In this document: positions 56,429 to 64,000 of the stretch, in pieces
How positions within the stretch are numbered: position 1 is the stretch's first letter
Layout: each line of letters opens with the position of its first letter
Assembly (NCBI GenBank): GCA_965649295.1
Contig: CBFGKH010000005.1
Location: 32,001-96,000, forward strand
Source: a candidate division WOR-3 bacterium
GTDB lineage: Bacteria > Hydrothermota > Tepidihabitantia > Tepidihabitantales > Tepidihabitantaceae
Length of the DNA: 64,000 nucleotides
Direction: 5' to 3'
Program-made: the position numbers and the translations under genes
Notes under the pieces: generated by a model
The model's input: the letters and a program-made list of their open reading frames with translations, nothing else
Told to the model about the DNA's origin: nothing
Databases searched by the model: none

Positions 56429-57382
56429 TTGAAAAGACTAGTCGGCGGCGTAGCGTTGATCTTGGCTCTCGATGCTGCTCGAGGAGCGGTGCAGCTCGCT
56501 CAGGAGAGACTTAGTCTCGACGGCTGGATACGCGGAGCTGCGCATTACTGGTTCATCAGCAGTGGCGGACTAACGAGCAGTGAGTTCGTGTTCGAGCCGA
56601 CTGATTGCGCGGTAGGGATGGTTGGGCGTCTGAATGAACGGGTGTCGATGCGAGTTTCAGCCGGCCTCAATTCCTACGGCGCATTCTGGCTCCAGGACGC
56701 CTGCGTACGGTTTGAATGGAACGGTGGTTGGGGTCTGACAGCTGGTCAGTTTCTTGTACCAGTCAGTCTTGATGCATCGCTACTGCCCGAGGACTACCCG
56801 CTCCAATTCAACGGTGCGCTCCACACTGGCTACGTGAAGCCAGCGGGACTCTACGACGTTGGCTTAATGGGAGAGTACCGTAGTTGCCGACTTCAGGCGA
56901 TGGTCGGTGTGGTCAATGGCCTTGGCAAGGATGCTTGGTGGGGGGATAATCGCTTTCGCAAGGACCTCTGCGGTCGAGTGATTGGACAGCCGTTCTTAGC
57001 GGCTCCTTGGTTTGGTGCTCGGTTATATCGAGCGCTCGAAGCGGATGGTCAGGCTTGGTTAACGTGGGGTATCGAAGCCACCCACGATGTCGGGCCATTG
57101 CGACTCGCGGCCGAGTACCACAATCACATCTCGCGTAATGCCCATCACAACTCGGCTTACGTTCAAGGTCTCTACTGTATTGGTCGTTTCGAACCGGGTT
57201 TGCGGCTTGAAACGATAGTTCCCGCGGGTAAACGGCCCGAGTACAACATTACAGTCGGGTCGTCTTTTCAACCCTATCAAGGTCTGCCCGTCAAGACGGC
57301 AATACATTACTCATTACACGGCAGCCTTGAAGGTCGCTGGTCTGTCGGTGAAGTTCTTGTAAGGCTACTAACTAGCCTCTAG
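56429..57382 (+). CDS. Putative porin (OprO/P-like beta-barrel)
   Basis: Signal-like start; LQDACV...LTAGQFLVPVSL, YDVGLM, GVVNGLG...DN..KDLCGRV; alternating beta strands. Confidence 0.65.
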   Translation: MKRLVGGVALILALDAARGAVQLAQERLSLDGWIRGAAHYWFISSGGLTSSEFVFEPTDCAVGMVGRLNERVSMRVSAGLNSYGAFWLQDACVRFEWNGGWGLTAGQFLVPVSLDASLLPEDYPLQFNGALHTGYVKPAGLYDVGLMGEYRSCRLQAMVGVVNGLGKDAWWGDNRFRKDLCGRVIGQPFLAAPWFGARLYRALEADGQAWLTWGIEATHDVGPLRLAAEYHNHISRNAHHNSAYVQGLYCIGRFEPGLRLETIVPAGKRPEYNITVGSSFQPYQGLPVKTAIHYSLHGSLEGRWSVGEVLVRLLTSL

Positions 57383-58083
57383 CGGCCGATAGGCCGGCGC
57401 GCTCGGTTCAGCTCTGCATCGGTACGGCGCAAATAGATGGGTTCAAGGCTCTGGGCGTCCTCGGGTCCTGATCTGGCCAAGACCTTTTTGGCGATCGCTG
57501 CCACGGCAACTGCTGTTGGATAGCGGATTCCAGTATCTAACGCATCAATTTCAGTTGCCGCAAGAGTTTCAAGACAGAGCGGGACACCGGAGCCGGCGAG
57601 AGCGATGCCAGATTTCAGGGAGGAGACAAGCTGGCGTAGTAGCCCAGGAACCAAAGAAGTCGCTAGGACCCGCGGTGCCAGTAATTCCTCGTCATCGGCA
57701 TATAGGGCGGTGTAAACCTCATCCTTGCGGGCGTCAATCAGAGCGAGTACTGGCACATCCGCAGAGGCGGTTGCCGCAAGAGCTGGCAGAGTTCCAACAC
57801 CGATTGCCGGGACGTCGAGAGCCGCTGCCAGACCTTTAGCAGTACTGAGCCCGACCCGAAGTGATGTGAACATTCCTGGGCCAATGCTGACGCCGACGGC
57901 CTCGATATCCTGTAATGAGGCGTCGGCCTCGTTCAGAAGCTTTCTCAACAGCGGCAGAACAACTTCGTTGTGGGTACTGCCACTTGCCAGCGTCTGCATG
58001 CGCACCTGCTGGTGCCGTACAATGGCGAGACTCGTATGGGTGCCACTTGTCTCAATGCCCAGGATGTAGCTATCTGTTTTCAA
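57379..58083 (-). CDS. tsaB: tRNA threonylcarbamoyladenosine biosynthesis protein TsaB
   Basis: ILGIETS, VSIGPGMFTSLRVG, IDARKDEVY, EPIYLR. Confidence 0.94.
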   Translation of the reverse strand: MKTDSYILGIETSGTHTSLAIVRHQQVRMQTLASGSTHNEVVLPLLRKLLNEADASLQDIEAVGVSIGPGMFTSLRVGLSTAKGLAAALDVPAIGVGTLPALAATASADVPVLALIDARKDEVYTALYADDEELLAPRVLATSLVPGLLRQLVSSLKSGIALAGSGVPLCLETLAATEIDALDTGIRYPTAVAVAAIAKKVLARSGPEDAQSLEPIYLRRTDAELNRARRPIGR

Positions 58084-58795
58084 AATTGAGTTCGTAAATT
58101 GCGGCTAGGCCGAATGATGATAGATCTGGGTTAATGGTAGCTGTGGTAGTTAGCAATGGGGCGAACCTAGCCGCGCGGCCGCCAGTAAGTATGACATTGT
58201 AGCTCCGAGCGGTACTATCTTTGACCTGATTGATGATTCTCTCCACGGCCGCAACGACAGCATTAACCACGCCAGCGTTGATGGCTGTGGTTGTCGAGCA
58301 GGGCAGGCTGGGGGTTCTTAGGTGCAGGTTGACCCGCGGCAGCTGAGCCGTGGTTTGTTGGAGCAGTTCGAGCATGGCGTCCGGCCCTGGCAGGATGTAG
58401 CCACCGATAAAGACACCTTCGGCCGCAACCACGTTCACGGTGATGGCAGTGCCGAAGTCAACAACGATGACGTCGCTGTTGGACTTGCGCCAGGCGCCAA
58501 CTGCCGCGCACACCCGATCGGCGCCTAGTTCGCTGCGGCGGTAGCGAAACAGCATTCCCGTGCGAGTTCGGGGAGTTACGATGAGCGGCGAACTGATGCC
58601 GAGCTGCTCTAGCTCGGTCATCCAACGTGGTGTCGCTTCTGGAACAACCGAGGCGATTGCTGCACCAGTCAGGTATCCGGGTCTGTCGAGATGCGGTGCT
58701 TCCGTTGTCCGGTGTATCTCACGACGGACAATCTTCTTGCCAGCGAACCAGCAGAGGCGCGTGTTGGTGTTACCGATAATGACGGTAAGAATCAC
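58070..58795 (-). CDS. coaX: Type III pantothenate kinase
   Basis: IGNTNT, ASVVP, LGADR, VVDFGTAIT, GGYILPG, LTGG. Confidence 0.93.
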   Translation of the reverse strand: MILTVIIGNTNTRLCWFAGKKIVRREIHRTTEAPHLDRPGYLTGAAIASVVPEATPRWMTELEQLGISSPLIVTPRTRTGMLFRYRRSELGADRVCAAVGAWRKSNSDVIVVDFGTAITVNVVAAEGVFIGGYILPGPDAMLELLQQTTAQLPRVNLHLRTPSLPCSTTTAINAGVVNAVVAAVERIINQVKDSTARSYNVILTGGRAARFAPLLTTTATINPDLSSFGLAAIYELNFENR

Positions 58796-59595
58796 TGCAG
58801 GTTGCGGACTTGACCAAGCCCGAGCACGACCAGTCGGCCAGAATCAGTGCGGAGTACAATACGACATTCTGGGTCAAGGTCGATGACTGTGCCAACATAG
58901 CGACGGAGCAGTGTTGTGACCTCTACCCGTCGGTTGATAACCGCGGAGCGTTGCTTTATCTGCATCAGCAAAGGCGCGAAGTCAGTGCTAGCTTGCCGAA
59001 GCAAGGTGTCGGCTTCTGTTACGAATGTCTCTAGCAGGGCGAAGCGGTCCCAGTCACGGCCGGTTGCTTGCCGTAGGGACACAGCCTCCGGCAGGTCGGA
59101 CGGAAATGATCGCTGGTTGACGTTCAGACCAAGTCCAATCACAACAGCATGATGCCGGCTTTCACAGAGTAGTCCGGCGAGCTTGCGCTGTTGATGAATG
59201 ATGTCGTTGGGCCAGCGGATTTGCACCTCGAGCCCGGTGATTCTTTCGATAGCGATGGCAGCGGCGAGACCGGCAGTAGGAGTCACATATTTCGGATCGG
59301 GGAAAGCGGTTTCATCAGTGTGCAACAAGAATGAGGCGGTTAGACTGTCTCTGTCTGAGAACCAGCGTCGACGGAATCGGCCACGGCCGGCGGTTTGGAT
59401 GCCAGCGATCACGATGGCGCGACGGTGGCGGCTGGCGAGTGCCAGAGCATGGTCGTTGGTTGATGTCACCGTGTCAAACAAATGAACACTGCCGAAAGTA
59501 GCAAGTCTCTCGAGCGTGTCGCCGGGGACTGCTGTCGGTTCGGTCAATTTGCTAGTCCTTAACTCGGATGAGTTTGACGCCGGGGGCACTGCCAA
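58792..59595 (-). CDS. birA: Biotin-protein ligase (no N-terminal HTH)
   Basis: STND, QTAGRGR, RWPNDI, KLAGLL, GLGLNVN. Confidence 0.93.
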   Translation of the reverse strand: MAVPPASNSSELRTSKLTEPTAVPGDTLERLATFGSVHLFDTVTSTNDHALALASRHRRAIVIAGIQTAGRGRFRRRWFSDRDSLTASFLLHTDETAFPDPKYVTPTAGLAAAIAIERITGLEVQIRWPNDIIHQQRKLAGLLCESRHHAVVIGLGLNVNQRSFPSDLPEAVSLRQATGRDWDRFALLETFVTEADTLLRQASTDFAPLLMQIKQRSAVINRRVEVTTLLRRYVGTVIDLDPECRIVLRTDSGRLVVLGLGQVRNLQ

Positions 59596-61225
59596 GCTGG
59601 GCTAGGTAGATGCCAGGTGTAAGCCTGGATAAGTCAACGATGAAGGGTGAACGCGTAATGGCAAATGATTCGATGACACGGCCGCATGGATCGATAACGC
59701 GGAATGTAGTTGAGCCGGCTAGTGAGTCGGAGGTAGAAAAACATACCAAAGACTGGAATGGATTCGGGCTGACTCTCAGACGGTCGGCAGCGAGCAACGG
59801 CTGATGTTCATCAATGGCAGTTGGAGTTGTATTCAAGTAGAGACGGTTGCCGCGGGCACGATCCCAGTTAGTTACTGCTAGGTCGCAGTGAGCTGAGTAG
59901 CGATAGTGACAGATGACAGTGCTACCCTCCAATGGAGCTGTATTCAGGCAGAACCAGCCCGTTAGTGGGTCACAGCAGTAAGTGGCGGTGGGCAAGCGAA
60001 CGCCGTCAATGGTCAGGCTATCAAAGAACTGAGCTGGATATCGCCGCAGAGTCCAGAGTCGTCGGCTACCATCGGCAACAAAGGTATCAGCGTAGGCAAA
60101 GAGATAGCGATTACGCGAATCGGCAAACACCAGTGCCTCGCAGACGAGTGTGCCATTGTTTTGGGATTGCCAGCCTGGCAAGGTATCAAGTAGGCCAGCT
60201 TGGTTCTCAAACACTACTACTGGTTCCCACCAACCGCCAGCAGCAAGTTCTGGAAAACCATCGCCGGTTAGATCGGCCCAGGCGACACAGGCTGAGTAAC
60301 GATTTCTGTTGAGCAGTGTGTAAGCAGCTACAGTATCGAGTGATCCCTGCCGGTTGCGGAAGACTTTGATGCTGTTCGGTTCGCCGGTCTGGTTGTTTGA
60401 GGCGACCGCCAGGTCAGGCCAACCGTCTTGGTCAATGTCCCCAAAGGCAAGACGCAGTACCCAGCCGATACCGTTGTGCGCTGTCCAAGCTGGGACAGGA
60501 TCGATAACTCCAGCATCGTTACGGTACATCGTTACAAACCCGCGGTCTTCATTCGGGACCACCTGTCCGACAAAGAGATCAAGGTCACCGTCATTATCAA
60601 CGTCACAAAACCGTACTGCGTCGCTAGGGTGGCCGTTGTGAGCCGTCCAGCCGGGCAAGGTGTCAAAAGTCCCGCCGCTGTTGAAGTATATGCGAACCGA
60701 GTCAGTCTCGTTTTGATAGGCGTCACCAGCTGAGATTGCAAGGTCCAGGTCACCATCAAGGTCAACATCGCCGAGACAGCAGTCGAAGGAGCAGTGCCGA
60801 TCGGCTGACTTCCAGACCGGGAGGGTATCGAGAACGCCGTCAACGTTACGGTAGAATCGGACACGAAACTCACCGACTGTGCCAGCACCGAGATAGGCAA
60901 CGGCGAGGTCAATATCGCCGTCGTTGTCAATATCGCCAGTATAGCAGTGACCAAAATAGCCGGCATCAGCCGAGCGCCAGCCAGCAAGCGTCTGCAGTCG
61001 GCCAGTGACGTTGTAGTAAACACTGTTACTGTTCTGGGCCATGTCGTTGCCATTGGATGTAACAAGGTCTAGCCAGCCGTCATTATTTATGTCGGCCCAG
61101 GAGCCGCCGGTCGCGTAGTCGTTGTCTTGGGATTCCCAATCCGGTTGCACTGGTAGCGGTATGGAGGCGAAGGCTGCGCTTGAGAACAAGCAGACAATCA
61201 GGCAGCCGGCAGCAGTACGGTGCAT
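59552..61225 (-). CDS. Secreted FG-GAP/VCBS-repeat beta-propeller with CTD-like C-terminus
   Basis: Signal peptide; repeated GDIDNDGDIDLAV-type units; C-terminal VSPNPF...LTPGIYL. Confidence 0.85.
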   Translation of the reverse strand: MHRTAAGCLIVCLFSSAAFASIPLPVQPDWESQDNDYATGGSWADINNDGWLDLVTSNGNDMAQNSNSVYYNVTGRLQTLAGWRSADAGYFGHCYTGDIDNDGDIDLAVAYLGAGTVGEFRVRFYRNVDGVLDTLPVWKSADRHCSFDCCLGDVDLDGDLDLAISAGDAYQNETDSVRIYFNSGGTFDTLPGWTAHNGHPSDAVRFCDVDNDGDLDLFVGQVVPNEDRGFVTMYRNDAGVIDPVPAWTAHNGIGWVLRLAFGDIDQDGWPDLAVASNNQTGEPNSIKVFRNRQGSLDTVAAYTLLNRNRYSACVAWADLTGDGFPELAAGGWWEPVVVFENQAGLLDTLPGWQSQNNGTLVCEALVFADSRNRYLFAYADTFVADGSRRLWTLRRYPAQFFDSLTIDGVRLPTATYCCDPLTGWFCLNTAPLEGSTVICHYRYSAHCDLAVTNWDRARGNRLYLNTTPTAIDEHQPLLAADRLRVSPNPFQSLVCFSTSDSLAGSTTFRVIDPCGRVIESFAITRSPFIVDLSRLTPGIYLAQLGSAPGVKLIRVKD

Positions 61226-61233
61226 CGTTTGTC

Positions 61234-61312
61234 AGTCTAAGGTACCCGAACTATCGGGTCAAGGCGTTGGGAGTAGCGTGCTGTTTGACAGTTGGTGGCA
61301 ACGTGCTACGCT
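61234..61312. promoter_or_regulatory. Back-to-back divergent promoters, both near-leaderless
   Basis: Minus strand: TTGACC-N17-TAGACT-N8-ATG(61225). Plus strand: TTGACA-N16-TACGCT-N6-ATG(61319). Confidence 0.65.
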
Positions 61313-61318
61313 GAGGAC

Positions 61319-62725
61319 ATGAAGCGATTCCAGTTGCTATTGTTGGCTTGCAGTGTCCTTATGACAGCTAATTGTGGCCGACGGTCGGACGGCGATCGGC
61401 GAGAACTAGGCGAAGCGTGGCTTGTCAACTATCTCGGTGACCAACGGGTCGGCTACTCGATGTTCCGGTCGCGGCCAGTGGCCGATGGTTACGTTTTCGA
61501 CGGCTATATTCGGCTTCGGTTGGCGATGGGCGGCAAGCCGCAGGAGATTCAGTCGCGTTCGTCGGTTCGAACCGGTAAGGACCTGACAATGCGTGAGTTT
61601 GATTTCAGCTTTGGTTCAGCCGAGCGCGCGTTCGGGGCTAAGGGCCGGGTTGAGGAAGGCAAGCTAGTTATCAGTCAGGCTGGGCAGCGTTCGCGGGAGA
61701 TCAAACTGCAGGGTCCGGTTTTCCCGATGGCCGCGATTGGGCGACTCGTGTCGCAGGCGTCTCTGAAGAAGGATTCCCTATTTCGGATTCCGGTCTTTGA
61801 TGTGTCGGTACTTGACGTTACGCCAGCGGAAATTCGCGTGCTCGGCCGTGAGAAGATTACTGTTAATGGCGAAAACTACAATGCCATTAAGTATAGTACG
61901 CAGATGGCGAAGCTGACGATGACAACCTGGGTTGATCAGAATGGAATGATACTGCGAGAAGAGTCACCGCCGCGGATGCGTTCAGAAAGGGTGAGGCCTG
62001 AGGATGTGCTAGTCGGTGAATCAGAAGACGGACGGGTTGATATTCTGCGAATGTTTGCCGTTCCGGTTGACACAACCGTACCAGCGGCTGGGACTGTCCG
62101 CTACGCTCGAATAGAACTGATTGGGATTGAAGCGGATGAGTATGCGCTGGAGGGTGGAAATCAGCGGGTAGTCTCGAAGAGCCCGTTGATCGTCGAGGTT
62201 AATACACCCGAGCTACCAGCGACACCGGTCGTGCTGCCAGTGTCTGGTGGCGATGAGTTCCTGGTGCCGACAGTCTCGCTGCAGTGTGACGATTCCAATG
62301 TCAAGGCCAAGGCGGCTGAGCTTGTCGGCAAGACGAAGGACGCCGTCGAGACTGTTCGTAAACTCGCCGACTGGGTCTTCGTTGCGCTCGACAAACAGCC
62401 TACCGCTTCTTATCCGACGGCCGCTGACGTTCTGGCCAGCAGGAGGGGTGACTGTAATGAGCACTCGGTCTTGCTTGCTGCTCTCTGTCGCGCTGCCGGT
62501 GTGCCGGCCAAGGTGGTGGTCGGACTGGTCTATATGGACGGTGCATTCTACTACCATGCCTGGAATGAGGTGTTACTCAATCGGTGGGTCCCGGTTGATG
62601 CGACGTTTGGCGAGTTTCCGGCTAGTGCCCTGCGGCTGCGACTTGCTGAAGGCGAGCTTGCCAAGCAGGCTGAGATTCTTGGGTTGGTGGGCCGATTGCA
62701 GATGCGCTTGCTGCAGTTCAAGTAG
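61319..62725 (+). CDS. Transglutaminase-like domain lipoprotein
   Basis: Lipobox LMTANC; catalytic triad motifs GDCNEH, YHAWNEV, WVPVDAT. Confidence 0.88.
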   Translation: MKRFQLLLLACSVLMTANCGRRSDGDRRELGEAWLVNYLGDQRVGYSMFRSRPVADGYVFDGYIRLRLAMGGKPQEIQSRSSVRTGKDLTMREFDFSFGSAERAFGAKGRVEEGKLVISQAGQRSREIKLQGPVFPMAAIGRLVSQASLKKDSLFRIPVFDVSVLDVTPAEIRVLGREKITVNGENYNAIKYSTQMAKLTMTTWVDQNGMILREESPPRMRSERVRPEDVLVGESEDGRVDILRMFAVPVDTTVPAAGTVRYARIELIGIEADEYALEGGNQRVVSKSPLIVEVNTPELPATPVVLPVSGGDEFLVPTVSLQCDDSNVKAKAAELVGKTKDAVETVRKLADWVFVALDKQPTASYPTAADVLASRRGDCNEHSVLLAALCRAAGVPAKVVVGLVYMDGAFYYHAWNEVLLNRWVPVDATFGEFPASALRLRLAEGELAKQAEILGLVGRLQMRLLQFK

Positions 62726-62744
62726 TAGAGGCAATTGTCACAAG

Positions 62745-62778
62745 ACGCCGCAGCCCCCGAATGCGGGGGCTGCGGCGT
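62745..62778. terminator. Bidirectional hairpin between convergent genes
   Basis: 15-bp perfect stem ACGCCGCAGCCCCCG / CGGGGGCTGCGGCGT. Confidence 0.82.
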
Positions 62779-62799
62779 GCAACGCTCTGTGGTGGTCTG

Positions 62800-63999
62800 C
62801 TACTTCTGTGAGGGGGTCGGCTCGGGTGTCGCCTCGTCAGGTACTGGTTCAGTTACAAAGTCGCTCTCCTTCATGACGATTTCGATCTGTGCGCGGTCGC
62901 GGAGCGAGCGACGTAGCTCTTCGGCCAACTGGGCTTCCTGATTGCGACGCAGCTTGTTTTCAATCTTGCTGCGCACTTCGCTAAATGGCCGAGTATGAGC
63001 AGGCTTCAGCTCTTCATTGGTGACAAACACCCATGTTGAGTCATCGAGCTTGGTGACCGGCGATATGCCGCCGACCGGCAGGGCGAATGCTGCCTTGACC
63101 AGCTTCGGATTCTGCGCCTTGTCGTCGCGCGCAATCCAGTAGAGGTCGCCGCCGGACCAGCGAGTGCTGGCTCCGGAGAAGCGACGAGCAATGTCAGCAA
63201 AGCTGGCCTTCTGAGCAGTATCGCGTTTCGTTGTCTGGAGCAGTAATCGGCCGGCCGTCGTCGTTACCTCGACGAGCCCGGTTCTATTAGGATCATGAAG
63301 GGCAGCGGCGACGTGGGCCGGCAACGGTTTGGTCAGTCGGAGATAGGTACCGAGCCTGAGGCTGTCGGTTAGCGCGGCCGAGTCTAGCCGGGAACCAGCC
63401 AGCTCGCGTAGTCGGTCGATGGTGCCAACGACAAGCAACTCAGGTTCGTAGAGCTGATCATCGCGTGTGAAATCAGCAAATGCCAGGCCGAACTCGGTAA
63501 GCCCGACTGGGTAGGGGCCGACCAGCGACTGGCGCGCACCGATATCGGGGAGGCTCTTGCCGCCAGCTTGAATCAGTGTCAGCCGAGGTAGTTGTTTCGG
63601 CGCGGGCGCGAGCGCATGCTGGGCGACGATTGATTCGATGCTTGCCCCTGATCGGAGGGCGGCAAGCAGGGCGGCATTGGCAGTCGTGTCAGGCACGAGT
63701 AGGCCACGACCGTGAATCATCGGCGGCAGCCGTCCGGCTATTGCCCAGCGTCGTAGTTGCTCGGCACGTTCACGAGTAGGGGCAGTAATCTCGCGGACGT
63801 GAATGCGAGTTGGTTCTTTGAAATCGGCAATGGTCGCCTGATACTCAGCGTAGAGTGTAGCCGAGTCAAGTTTGACTTTGTCGCGGGTCATCATCTGCCG
63901 GTAGGTGTCAACAATTAGGGCATTGCGACGGGAGAGCAGATTATCAACCACTTTGTTGACAAGCCAGAGTTTCTGGCGTTCGGCTTCGACGGCCAACAG
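62800..63999 (-). CDS. Parvulin-type peptidyl-prolyl isomerase / SurA-PrsA-like chaperone (C-terminal part)
   Basis: RIHVREI, FADIARRFS...GGDLYWI, AAFALPVGGISPV, RPFSEVRSKIENKL; reading frame open to window edge. Confidence 0.8.
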   Translation of the reverse strand: MLAVEAERQKLWLVNKVVDNLLSRRNALIVDTYRQMMTRDKVKLDSATLYAEYQATIADFKEPTRIHVREITAPTRERAEQLRRWAIAGRLPPMIHGRGLLVPDTTANAALLAALRSGASIESIVAQHALAPAPKQLPRLTLIQAGGKSLPDIGARQSLVGPYPVGLTEFGLAFADFTRDDQLYEPELLVVGTIDRLRELAGSRLDSAALTDSLRLGTYLRLTKPLPAHVAAALHDPNRTGLVEVTTTAGRLLLQTTKRDTAQKASFADIARRFSGASTRWSGGDLYWIARDDKAQNPKLVKAAFALPVGGISPVTKLDDSTWVFVTNEELKPAHTRPFSEVRSKIENKLRRNQEAQLAEELRRSLRDRAQIEIVMKESDFVTEPVPDEATPEPTPSQK

Positions 64000-64000
64000 T

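Noticed and set aside
1..64000. CRISPR array, transposase, integrase or prophage
   Set aside because: No constant 23-47-bp repeats with unique spacers, no recognisable cas, transposase, integrase or phage genes, and no duplicated tRNA 3' ends noticed.
1..64000. Selenoprotein (in-frame UGA) genes suggested by selC
   Set aside because: The TGA-ending genes I inspected look full length, and I saw no split ORF with UGA at a catalytic Cys position. A bSECISearch run would be needed to be sure.

Overview
Gene-dense bacterial chromosome segment. It is most consistent with a diderm anaerobe of the FCB superphylum (WOR-3-like); this is an inference from T9SS-type C-terminal domains, a PorV-like protein, an archaeal-type FBP aldolase/phosphatase and tRNA-Sec. 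Housekeeping content includes tig-clpP-clpX, polA, wecB, a long greA, tsaC, tsaB, rpsT, pdxJ, secDF, pgpA-cinA-thpR, coaX, birA and four tRNAs (Leu, fMet, Phe, Sec). There is also a CoA-transferase/acyl-CoA dehydrogenase operon, a GT4-YfhO-flippase glycosylation cluster and a P-type ATPase. I found no CRISPR array, transposase or integrase. The best leads are: (1) two distant intergenic regions with the same unexplained layout, a degenerate 12-bp periodic array followed by a conserved 33-bp arm-N6-arm site; (2) an ExbBDD-TonB / TonB-dependent receptor / CTD protein / PorV operon without SusD, divergent from an exported M16 protease pair; (3) an uncharacterised, apparently pseudo-symmetric four-gene membrane complex (DUF6754-like) coupled to MazG and Wzi; (4) strong enrichment of the Bacteroidota D-S/T O-glycosylation sequon in exported proteins; (5) a D-armless tRNA-like element upstream of tRNA-Leu; (6) recurrent leaderless promoters with 16-bp spacers. 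All family calls come from motif recognition by eye; no database search was run.
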